From Entomortierella parvispora E1425 (taxonomy: Eukaryota; Fungi; Mortierellomycota), in assembly GCA_020891255.1 (NCBI GenBank), contig BQFW01000006.1, forward strand, positions 1,736,001 to 1,800,000: 64,000 nucleotides of DNA. The letters run 5' to 3'. Positions 24,976 to 36,564 of the stretch are shown here, piece by piece (the first letter of the stretch is position 1; every line of letters starts with the position of its first letter). The position numbers were made by a program, and so were the translations under genes. The notes under the pieces are model-generated. The model made no database searches. It saw only the letters and a program-made list of their open reading frames with translations, and was not told the origin of the DNA.

Positions 24976-27900
24976 CTATGTATTAATATATTTTCCTACG
25001 AGGAGATTCCAACACGTCTCAAGGTCATGATCCAAAGTGGCCAGATCAAAATTCAAAAACGTCAAGAATTCTGCTTCCATACGATCCAAGTCTTCCACTT
25101 GCAGAAGCGTCGATGGTGCAGGTTGTTGTTGTTGTTGATGATGTTGATGATGGTGAGGGAGGATAGTCGAGACGGACGGCAATTGGACTGTCACTCCTGA
25201 AGAATTCTGAGTAGGAGTCATGGGGGATTGTGCATCCACGGACATGGATGAGGTGGTAGTGGTCGAGATGGAAAGAGATGGGCTAGCGAGAGGTGGGAGT
25301 GAGGGAGAGGAGACGGTCGAGTCTAGCATTGGGGTTGTGACAGAAGATCGAGCGTGGATAGGCAAGATCTGGCCTCCGTTTGGAGATGTGGAGGATAGAA
25401 CGGGTCGAGCTTGGAAAGATCCCAAGTTAAGGAGGCGAACCCAGGCGTGGTTGGAAAAGATGAGTTCGGCATGCAGTCGCGATTCAAGACTCATTCCATC
25501 AAACTCTGCAGGATTTTCTTGAGGCGGTGGAGTGATTTCGCCATTGGGGCAGTGAGGCGGGTCAGCCTTGGAGAGTTCAACACTGCAGCGGTACTTGGCT
25601 GCGATAATATAGGCGACAAGGAAGAGGCGGTGGGAGCATCCTGGTTCTCCTTTGGCTTCAGGGTATTTCTGTTTCAATATGGTGGGCAAATGTCACAAAA
25701 TTGTCAGTGAATTGACCTTTTGAAGCGTCATTGTCTTCACTACAAAGTGTGGTAGCCAGTACTTACAGCTTTCAAGCGGTCGACGTAAATCAAGGCGAGA
25801 GTGAGGGTCAGGTTGGGGTAAGGGATCTTCAAAAGAGGCTGAAGGGGTGAAGACAAAGATAGAGAGTGTTGTCGAGATGTATTTCGAGGAACTGAGGTGC
25901 TGAAAAAACCTTCATCACGATGGTGTTGTAGTTGCGGAGTAAATTGCGAGTGTTGCACTGAAATTCCAGAAGGTCCATGTGCCATTCGTTGTTGATTGTA
26001 GTAGTGCTGTGGGTGGTTGGAGTGGTCCATGGTCGTCGGCGATGATGGTGGCGGTGGCTGTGTGTTTTGTTGCGACACGATTATGTTGTGTTCCAATGGA
26101 TGGGGTCCACTCAAGTCTTCCTGCCTCCGATGCTCCTGCTGATGGTGGTGGCTTCTACGGGCAGCATGGTTGTGGTATTCAGGTGAATAGCGATGTCTCC
26201 TGCTTGTTTCCGACTTGATTGGACCTGGGCCTGAGAGAGATCAGGAAAAAAAAAAAAAAAAAAATGATGAGTTTGTCGCACAGCCATGAGAGCCTCGAAT
26301 CATTTTGTTCCTATTGCCAAGGCGCAGGACATTTGGATTTAGGAATCGTGCCTGTCCAGATGTACATACCAGAATGTTGAGAAGGTCCATGAGCCACTTC
26401 CTTTTTGCTGCGGTCTTCTTTTGACTGTTGTTGCTTTTGAAGATGTTGTTCCATAGGCGCCTGCGATGAGTCTATGGATCGAGGGGGACTGACTGTCAAG
26501 GTCAAGATGTGGCGGATATAATTGGCCAAGGACATGAGTCGAGCTGCTTGCACTGGGTCCTTCTGAGGTTTTGCTCCGTCTTGTAGTTGTTGGTCCGATG
26601 TTTCCTGCTGAGGCTGCGGCCCTTGATCTTGAGACCTTTCATCGTCCGTTGTGCTGCCAGCAGGTGCTGGCGTTGCTGTTGGCTCCCAGCGCGACACGGT
26701 CAAGTGCGTGCAGAATGCTAAAAAGTAAAGGAGTTAAAGTCAGTGTAACGGCCTTTTTGGACTTGAGTGCAGATTATTCCGGGAAGAGACCCCCGCTCTC
26801 AATTTTCTGTACGAAAATGGAGTCGATTATGAGGCAATGACACCGGCTGTGTCGAGGCCAAAGTGTAAAAAGGCAAATAGATTTTGCATCTGGACCATGG
26901 GCCTGGCCTTGTAAAACAACAACAAACGAAAGGGAGAAAAAAAGGGGAGGAAGGGACGAGTGTAGATCGGTGGACAAACAATCCTCTTGTCCAAAAAAAA
27001 AAAAAAAAAAAAAATAGAACCAAAACAAATGACATGCAAACAGCCCTTGCCCTCAATCTGATATGGGATGGGGTGGGATGGATGGGAGGGATGGGGGTTT
27101 CTTTTTACCAATGGTGCGGTATTCGACTTTTCCTTGGTCCAACTTTTGGAGTCTATCAAAGCTCGACTTCATCTGCGAGCTCTGTCCCGAGTAGGCTCTT
27201 TGACTAACTTCAGTGCATCTTATACCGTACAGTGTTGGGTGAGGATTTTCTTTGACATCTTCTTGCATCGATACAGATGCTTGTCGTTGTCCAGACGCAG
27301 GATATGGTGATGCATGTTCGGATGATGAGGAGTGTTGATGGTGTTGTTCTGAAGGGATCATGGGAGCAAAGGAGGGTGTGCTGTCCATACTGCTGGTCGA
27401 CACTCGTCGAGGTGTATCCAGAGCAGCCTTGATCCGATCAAAAAGTGAAGGAGGACGGGTATTATGACGGGTGTTGAATTGGCCATGGTGCAGGTGGGTG
27501 TGGCTCCGAGAAACATTGCTTGTCAGCGATTTCTCTGTGCTTGCTATTGAGGATCGTGACATTGTCATCGCTGGTGAGAATTCGGAAGTGGTGGAGGAAG
27601 GGCCAAATGACCTAAAGTGTGGATCGTATTGACGCGGTTGCTGCTGCTGCTGTGGTTGCTGTTGATGGTGGAGATTACGCCCGTCAGAAGGATAATGATC
27701 ATAACAGGATTGGATATTTGGTTGATGCTGTTGGTGTTGTTGTTGTTGATGCTGAGAGTGTGGATGGTGGTGAAGGAGTTCCTGATGTGATTGAGGATAG
27801 AAGTGGCTCTGTGTTTGTACACTCGCCTTTCGGATTCGTGGATTGCCCATGATCTGGTGAAGAGGCTCCTCGTGTGAGTGTCGAGGTGACAGGGGACCTC

Positions 27901-28081
27901 TATCAAGAAAAGCCTTTGTTGAGGTAGTTTGGACCCATAGATTGGCGGCCGAGGAAGCAGGCGGCCGTTGATGATAGGAGTTATAAGGCATGTCGTATTC
28001 GGGCTGGTAGACCGAAGATGACGAAGGAGAAGGGGCAGGAGAAGATGAAGGGTGTCTTTTGAAGGTATGAGATGAGTTCAT
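24976..28081 (-). CDS. Pho85-type (Pcl) cyclin with long Q/H/S-rich N-terminus, about 4 exons
   Basis: Cyclin box 'LTLALIYVDRLKA|KYPEAKGEPGCSHRLFLVAYIIAAKY' and 'DLDRMEAEFLTFLNFDL'. Upstream exons (ORFs 27053-28597, 26311-26703, 25740-26114) join with compatible phases. Start at MNSSHTF (28081) is inferred. Confidence 0.78.
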
Positions 28082-28629
28082 TGGCGGTATGTGATTGAAG
28101 GTGCGCTGAGGGAAGAGAGAGAAGAGAAAAGAGAAAAGAGGAAGGAGGAGTGTTGTGCCGTGTCCTGAAGTGGAAACGTGGTATGATACAAGGGAAGGCG
28201 TGGCGGTGGGCTGAGGCGGGAGCTGGAAAGAGTAAGGATGCACACGCCAAGGAAGGTGCTTGCTGCAGTTGTCAAGCAAAGAGTGAGAGGATGATCCCAA
28301 TGTGCAGTGGGAAGAATGGATGTTTGGTGCGAGGAGAGGAGAGGGCGAGTAAAGGAAGAAGGACGAAAGGAAGGAAGTGAAGAGTACAGGTGGCGGGACA
28401 CTGGAAAGAGAGAGAACAAGAGCGAGAGAGAAGAATGAAAGAAAGAGAGAAGTTGCTCGTATTGCGACAGTTGAAAGACGAGGAAAGAGAAAACAGAATG
28501 GTTCAGGGGGCCAGACGGGACAGGGCCGGCTTTTATTGTTTTCTGGAGAGAAGGGCTGGCCTCCGGGGGAGGAGCAACGAGAAGAGACATATGGCACACG
28601 GCAGGCAGGGGCTGTGGTCAGCGCAACAC

Positions 28630-28660
28630 CAGACAGACAGACAGACAGACAGACAGGCAG
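28630..28660. repeat. (GACA)n tetranucleotide microsatellite
   Basis: cagacagacagacagacagacagacaggcag. Confidence 0.95.
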
Positions 28661-30983
28661 GGATGGGGTGGATGGTGAGAGAGAGAGAGGGGAGAGAGTG
28701 AGAGAGGAGGTCAGTCAGTCCCCGATCAAGGATACAGTTCGAGGGAGCACAAAGGAGAAGGTCAGAAATCATTTTATTCCGCGGAACGTCGCACACTGCA
28801 GGGCAGGTCACGGCAGGTCACAGTGTGAACCATGGAGTACAGTCTCAGGTGTGGGCTGTGACTGAACACTGGCTCTCTTGCCCTGATTGAATTGCACACA
28901 GACTCTTCTCTCCCACGCAAGCACCGGCATCGTCATTCGTTCTCTGCTCACAAGGCACTTTGTTGTGTTCTCTGCCACAAGTCCAAAAGCGCATCTTTTT
29001 TCACACCTGGTGCAGCCCTGTAAAGGGGCAAAAAAAAAAAAAAAAGATTCCGTCTCCGACCCTGTGCTTGGGCGACGATCATTTTGTCACTTTGACCTCC
29101 TTGGCTTTCTGGCCCTTTTTTCACCTTGGAGTCCTTGCCATGGTGGCCCACTTGCCAAATAGCCCCTGGTTTTTCTAACGCTCCAAAAGAATCATCGAAA
29201 AAGAAGGGTTGCAGTCGGAGAATGAGAACCACAGGGAAGAAAACGAACACAGATAAGGAGACCGAGAAACAGAGCAATGCGCAGGTGCGGGTGTGCCTAG
29301 ACTAAGCAAGAGACATACTCTACTCCATTCAATGGATCTCAAACTAGCAAAATGTGCCCGATCCACGACCAGATTCACAGGCCGACTCACCTCGAGTGGG
29401 CATTTGGAAAGGCCGAGAATAACGTGAGCGGTGTCCCCTGCCTGTTGTTGAGCGTCTTGCATCAGCTGGTCAAGGGTCACGCTAGCTTACATGATGTGTT
29501 TCTCTCTTCGCAACGGTTTTCGTTCCGCTTGCGCTCAATCCCACATACCTCAAAATCTCCACTTTGTCTGCTCACACAGGCAGTCGAAGCATCGACAGCA
29601 AGGCCCATGTAGATTCAACGTATTATTTCACTTTATTGCATTGCGGCTCCTTCTCTACATTGCCCCGATCGGCGATCAGCAGGTGCAAAACCATGTATCT
29701 ATTTTCCTTGTGAACAGAGGATAGATGGAAGTTTTGCTCGCTTTTATTGTTGTCTGACTTTTTCCACTCACCATTTGTCGTCCAGGGGACGATCGAGCGA
29801 AACTCTTTTGATTTTTATATTTGCAGCGTAGTCTTGAACACTGACTAGAATTCCACGTCCTAAACGGGATAACAGTGCATGGCGACAACTCCTTTCGTTC
29901 CACTCGATCGACCTAGAACGGCTTGCCCCTCGAAGCCTGCTCTAGGTCCGATCGGGAAGTGCTGAGAGACAACAAATCAAGAACGGGCCACTCTTCCAGC
30001 GGGTGCGTCGCAGATCAAACTCTCAGTAAAATTAGCGATGATCGGTGATTTCAACAAACAAAATATCGACGAAAGACGAGAATAGGTGTGCCAAGAGACG
30101 CGACTTGTCCATCAAAGAAGGAATCCTGTTATGGCCCTCGGTGGTTGGAGGCAGAGGCAGACTGCTGACTTGCGGACTTAACTTCTTATTTCAGCGATTG
30201 ACCATGTTAACCCCCGGGCTGCGCGGCGATGAATTATTACTATTCTATAGGAGGCATGCGCTGTCTTTGTCACAGGCAATGTTCCCGAGGGGATTCATTC
30301 CCTTTTACGTCCTTAGTTTGAAGGTCTTACTCCGTGCCAAACGCAATTGTTTGGTGCTGCAGAGAGGAGGCTGATGGCATGGATCTTCATGCTGGCAGAT
30401 CTGTGAACACAGACGTCGATTGGCTCTTTTTTTTTTCTCCCCGAGGAGGATTTCACGGCGCGATGGCATGTGTTGCCTGCAGCCCGTTGGCTGCTCTGCT
30501 CCAAGACCCTTGACCAAGCCTAATGGAGATGAGTAGGCTGTCCTCCCCTCCTAGGGGCGAGGCTCATCTATGATATGGAAAGAGGGGTCAATCGCCAGCT
30601 CGCACAACGCGTTGCTCGTAGTGATCCATTCTGTCTGGGAAACAATAGGCAAAAGAGTGCTCCCAGGCCATGCAGGTCATGGAGTACAAGCCACCAACGC
30701 CCCTCCTGACGAAAGCCAGCGAAGATGCATGTACGAGAGCCAACCTGTCTTCCACTTCATTCAGTCCTCATCCACGACTGCCTATCTATTCTCTGCACCC
30801 CTTGACACCACACATCACTGCAATCGCCTCACATTCTCTATATTCCTGAAATCGCGGTGACCCTCGTTTTACCGAACAGCAAAGGGCATCACGGCTTGAA
30901 CGACAGACACTTCAATTCAAACCCCCTCCCTCCCTGCGCGATCTCCTCCATCTCACGTCCCCTGGCTTTGCTTCGAGCACAAG

Positions 30984-33176
30984 ATGGCATCAACTGGCGA
31001 CAAGGACAAAGATCTGCTGGGTCTCTATGATGACGATGACGACCTTCTCGATTACGGCGATTCGCTCGACATTGATCCAAATGTGGATCTGAGCAAAGTT
31101 GACACTTTTGACGAGTTTGACTTTGAGGCAGACGGACTCTTGGAGGACCTGGAGAAAGAACTAGTGTCCAATACACCGATCAACACACCCACCAAGACTG
31201 ATACCAATGGCGCCTCGAAGGATCCCTCTGAGAAAAAAGAATCCTCGTCAAGAGATGGCACGACCAAGGGAGGCAGCAACAGCTTTTCAGCCGCAACCAA
31301 GGAGGAACCGAGGTCAGAAAAAAGTACTACAGACGATGGAAACATCTCGACTCAAAACAAAAGCAGCCATCGCGACGGAAACTACAACCATCCGGCTCCT
31401 GCAACTCGATCACCCGTTACAAACAACCGAGGCGGAGGATTCGCTGGTCGTGGTGGACACAGCCAGAATCAGGGAAATTACACGGGAGGTGGCAGAGGAT
31501 CAGGGGGGATGGGCACCGGTATGGGCCGCGGTAACTTTCAAGGAGGGCCAGGCATGGGACACCACTCGATGATGACGAATATGGGTCGCGGTATGAGCAT
31601 GGGAGCCATGAACATGAACCCAGCTATGCTCCAGAACATGAGCATGGGCATGGGCATGGGTATGGGTATGGGCATGGGCATGAACATGAACATGAACATG
31701 CCCATGATGAGCGTACCGGGCATGGGCATGGGCAGGGGCCAGTATCCTGGGTAAGTGCAGGCGCGCTGTTGGTGCTAAAAATGAGTGCGACAGTTCGGAG
31801 CTCACAATTGCTTAATTTTAACTCTTTGCCTTTGTAGGGGTGGCTACGGGAATCAGGCAGGCATGGGCATGTACGGCCAGGGACAGGGTATGAACGCAGG
31901 GTCAGCAGGTGTGTCTTCCCGACCCCAAGGTGCCGTGGGATCCACTGGCAGAACTATCCACATCAACCCCAACTTCCAAAAGAACCGCCCATCTGGACCA
32001 CCCACCAGCGGAGGGGGATACGATGCCATGAGCACTCAGGCAAAGCAATATCCACAACAGTCCTATCAGAATCAGCAGCCGCAGCAGTTCTCAGCTCAAG
32101 GATCAGGATCCTCTCGAAACTGGGATCAGAGCCACCGTAGCTCAGGCGTCGCAGCAGGACGCAGTGACCGCAATGGATCTCAGGATACCAGTGATGCCGA
32201 TCGCAGCACAAAGAACTATTCGATCAATGTAAGTTACATATTGCAGTCAACCTGATTTTAATGACCAGGGTATTGACTCAAGATTGCACATTTGTTAGTC
32301 TGATTCGGCTCGTGGACCTCCGAACGGACAGAACCAGGATAGGGATGGTCGTTCTGGTGATTCCTCGTATAGGGCAAGGTCAGATCATGACCGTGAAGGC
32401 AGATATTCCTCCGACTGGCATCCAAGCGATGCAAATCGATACTCAAATTCGGCGCGAGGACCTTCAAATAATGACAGATCTCTTGGTACATCATCCAGTG
32501 GAGGTCGATCACCTACTGCAAATGGATCGGGCTCTGCGTCAATCTCGAGTCGACTTGGAACTAAGCGATCCGGCGAGAATCTCGACGACTCTCACAAGGC
32601 CCTTAAATCATCTGGAAGCAGCACCCCCCGAGCAGAAAATTCTCGACAACGAGATAACGGCATCCAAGAAGAAGGCTCGGTTTCCTTTTTGAGGGACAAA
32701 CGGGACTCTACCGTTAAGGACAAATCGCCACAGAGCCACTCCAGCAACAACGCAACACCCAAAGGCCATGTCAAGATGGAGAACATCCCCAACAATTTCA
32801 CGGATGAGTCCCTTCGGAAATTGGCCGTGGGAATCCCCGGCGTCGACCGTGTCCTCGTATGTACCATAATGTCTAGGTGAATTACCCCACTCGAGAATAT
32901 GAGGGCAAGTGTGGCTGACATTCCACTTCCTTGTCTTTCTAGACCATTGCCAAGCAAGGTGACCGGACAGTTCTCCTTGGATTTGGATCAGTTGAGGAAG
33001 CAAAGTTTTTCCGTAGACAGATTAATAGGTTTGACCTTGTCCTTTTCTGCGCTTTCCGACTTTGGGTCGTAACTGTTTAGAAGTCCATACTAAGTTTTTC
33101 TATGGCTACTTTTTCATCTTCCTCTAGGACAACAATCGAGGGATCCTTGGTCACTGTCACCTTGGTCTCTGCATGA
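30984..33176 (+). CDS. Low-complexity RNA-binding protein with C-terminal RRM-like domain, multi-exon
   Basis: Acidic N-terminus, RGG/Gly-Met-rich and Q-rich middle, RS/RD-rich exon, then 'GHVKMENIPNNFTDESLRKL...|VLLGFGSVEEAKFFRRQINR|TTIEGSLVTVTLVSA*' (RNP2/RNP1-like). Confidence 0.7.
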
Positions 33177-33501
33177 AACAATAACATTGGCGGCAACAGC
33201 ACACATATTTTTTAACGACAGTGGATCCCACTTTGTATTATACCTATTTTTTTTTTTTTATCTCTCTCTCTCTTTTTGTACATGATCATGAGAAGGCCAG
33301 CTGGTTTACTAGAAGAAAAGAGAGCAACGCAGACAAACAAACATGAAAAAAAGCCTGCCATGTACTATATTTGTATAAAAGTTTAGTGTAGCGGCAAACT
33401 CCTCAGATGCCCTTCAGTGCCGGTATTAAAACTATTTGAAAGCCAGAGAAGGCAGTTGTCCTTCTTTCATTTATTTTCATCCACCCCTACTTTTTGCCAA
33501 A

Positions 33502-36131
33502 TTAGTTCATGGATTTTGACCGTTTGGGATCGTAAAGTGGAACGGGGCGGAGGTGCTCCACCAGAGTAGAGTCCATCTCGCGACCATGGAGAGCCTCCAT
33601 ATGTTGCTCGTGTTGCGCCTGTTGTCGGAAGTAACGCGAGTCGTGGTTGTGAGGCAATGAGTGAGGACCCTGGTTTTGCTGATAAGGATCCATGCCCAAA
33701 AAATCATGTTCTCCAGGTTGGGCGTGACTTGTCATACGAACCAAACGCGCCCCGGCTGAACTAGGAGGTCCGGCCAATATGGTAGCACTGCTCCCGCGAC
33801 GAGTGACGGCTGGAGGAGAATGAACTGTGCCATGGTGGCTAGGGGTCAGTCTCTTGGGTCCTGATTTTTGTCGACGATGGTGGTTCGACCTCGGAGTAAT
33901 ACCGAGGGTGGTGCCTGGTGATTGCATTGTTCCTTCAATCCCGGCCTGGATGGCTGAGGCTGAAGCTTCTGCCCTGAGTTGCAACAGGATCCGATCGAGT
34001 GCCAGCTCAATCATGAGCCGGTATTTGAGCATGGATATGAAGGGCCAGGTAGACTGCTCGCCTTTGAGGATCCAGTACTGAATCGATTCGTTGGTTGGAT
34101 TCGAGATCAAGGTCAAGAAGTCCTGGAGTTGAACCTCAGGCACGATGGTCACGTTTCCAGACACTTTTTCTTCCACAAGCTGGACAAACAAATGGGGTAG
34201 AATGCCGATTTGGTTCAACTACAGCGATATGGTTGTGTAAGAGTCAAGAGGTCAGGAATACGATTCGTTTCGTCGCTGAAAATATGATCGTTTCAATATA
34301 TACCTGGCCCATGCGATGCTTAATCTCCGCCAACATTGCCCTGGCAATCCTTTCAGTCCATCCGGCGCTTCCGAACCGATCAGAGCCTCCGCACTTTCGA
34401 TTCTTTAGTCCTCGAGACATGAATGGCACAATATAAGGGTTGGCTTGCGAGACGATAAAGTGGTTCACGTTGAACAGCTCTGAGAGTCGAGTGAGTGGCG
34501 TTTCCGGACTGACCACTCCATACGAGAAGAACGAAGGTGTGATGGGGTTGGTATAGTTCACAGCTAAAAGGAAAGGGGGGGGGGGGGGAATATGGTATCA
34601 GTACCAGTGCTGTTGACTCGCTGTTCAATGGTCTCATTAGACTTACCAGAGGGTGTCCAGTGAATGATGTTGCCGGATTTGTCTTTAGCCAACAAATCTG
34701 CAGTCGAAGAGAAGCCAAGCATAGAAGCTGAGGTACTGGCCGCACTACTGATGAGCTGTTTGCGGGAGACATAAAAGTTATGGATTATCTGCGATAAATA
34801 ACCATGGTGGCCCTTCAGATTACATATTGTGAAAACTTACCACATTCGGTGAAGTAATGTAGTTGAGGAGTTGTGGGCCTTCCGACTTTCTTGATGAAGG
34901 GACAGTGATATTCAAGACACGTTTTGTTCTCTTAAATGCTTCCTACAGTTGAGGAATCAAAGAGATAGGGTCATCAGTGTTTGGCCACAGAGCAACTCGT
35001 AGCAACCAAACCAACTCCTTATCACTCACATCAAAAGTTAAATTGCCAACGTTGGTCTGGATGCAGTCCTGCAAGACCTTGATATCGATGAGGTAGCCTA
35101 TAGCGGGCGATTGCACAGATGAGTATGAGGATATGTTTGCTGGAATCGTCGCCTCATCCATTCAAATCTTACCTTGAGTCATCAGGCGAGTGAACTTTCT
35201 GCTGAGGTTGCCTCTAACACCGACCCGGCTAAACGCACGCAGATCAATACCGCCTTCTTGAAAAACACCCGGTAGCTCCTCGTCGGTCTTTACACAAACA
35301 ATAGCGGCTACCAAAGCTCCCACGGAAGCTCCACTAATGATTCTAGGTAGCAATCCATGCTCGAAAAGCGTCTTCACCACTCCGAGATGGTACATGCCTA
35401 TTGAAAAAAATGCAGATCAGCACCATTTGCCGTCGTTTTCAAAATGCGCATGCAGTTGGAAAGGAACGAACCGAAAGAAGCACCACCGTGGAGCAACAGG
35501 GCTGAGCTGCCAAAGCTCTGACGCGTCTCCATGAAGAAATCGAGTTTGGCTTGTCTTGAAAGAGTCGAGTGGTTGGTCTCTGCAACATGTTCGAGCTGTG
35601 AGACGACTTCGCTCATGTAGGATTCGATCAGGTTCTTGGTTCCAAGATAAGAATGACAGAACAGTCGAGGGTCGGTGATCCCTCCCAGGTTTCTCAGGAG
35701 GCCCGATCGGAGTAGATACATCATCGCGGAGACGTCCTCCGACTCACGGACGGTTTTGAGATGCTGTCGACGCGACATAATCAGGTTATAGTCGTACACA
35801 TTCGAATGGTGGTTGTTCCTCCAAACATCCGATCCAGTGAGAATATCCAAATCTGTGGCTCTCGCCAACCATTCGTCATAGCTGTTGGAGTGTGCGAGCT
35901 CGTTTGTCAATTGGTCTGCAAGGTTTCTTCTTAGGACCATCGACCAGAAGCCCTGACATCACGAAAGAAGAGAGGAACGTTGAGTTGCTATTCTTTCTGA
36001 TGGGCCCTAAGGGTCTTTCCTCCAAGGTGTTGACTTCTCACCTTCCAAGAGTACACGATCAACTGCAGCAGGGAAGCTGCCAGTGTGGCAATAATCTGCA
36101 GAGTGGGGGTGATTAATGACTGTCGGGACAT
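33502..36131 (-). CDS. Patatin-like triacylglycerol lipase/acyltransferase, Tgl3/Tgl4/Tgl5 family, about 8 exons
   Basis: DUF3336-like N-terminus 'SYDEWLARATDLD...LLRSGLLRNLGGI', 'LLLHGGASFG|MYHLGVVK', 'IISGASVG', 'KRVLNITV', 'PLTRLSELFNVNHFIVSQANP', 'ELALDR'. Confidence 0.88.
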
Positions 36132-36564
36132 GGGGCATAGTAGGGGAAGAAAGGCGCAACGTGCGGTCAAGCTCAGGTCCTTCAGGTTATATTGAGACTA
36201 GGGCACAACAATGACATCAGGGCACGCATGCGTACCTCACCCATGGCGAAAGAGCGTTAGTAAGGTGTCAGGCCAGAGGAATGAACTGGAGGGGGTCTGT
36301 AGGATGGGGATGGGGGAAAGGAAGGAAGGCAGCATGAATGGCAGGCACGCATGCTGTTGTAGCGTGAAAGAAAGTCAAAGCGCTTCTGAGCGACACGTGA
36401 AAATAAAAAATCAGCATAGTTTTTTTTGGAATACTCTTGGAGATAAAATTTATTATTTATTCTTAAAAAGTTTGTTTTCCCTCGCTCCACACTTTCAAAA
36501 GCACCTTGGCCATTCCTGCACACACAACATTCATATCCGCTTTTGCATCTGGGAATCATTTTCC

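Noticed and set aside
28082-28597. 172-aa in-frame N-terminal extension of the cyclin ORF
   Set aside because: Falls in a CT-rich leader where stop codons are compositionally rare; the translation is S/L/F/P-rich and not protein-like.
29175-29612. Overlapping 86-101-aa ORFs in the cyclin upstream region
   Set aside because: No recognisable domain or codon bias; cannot be supported as genes.
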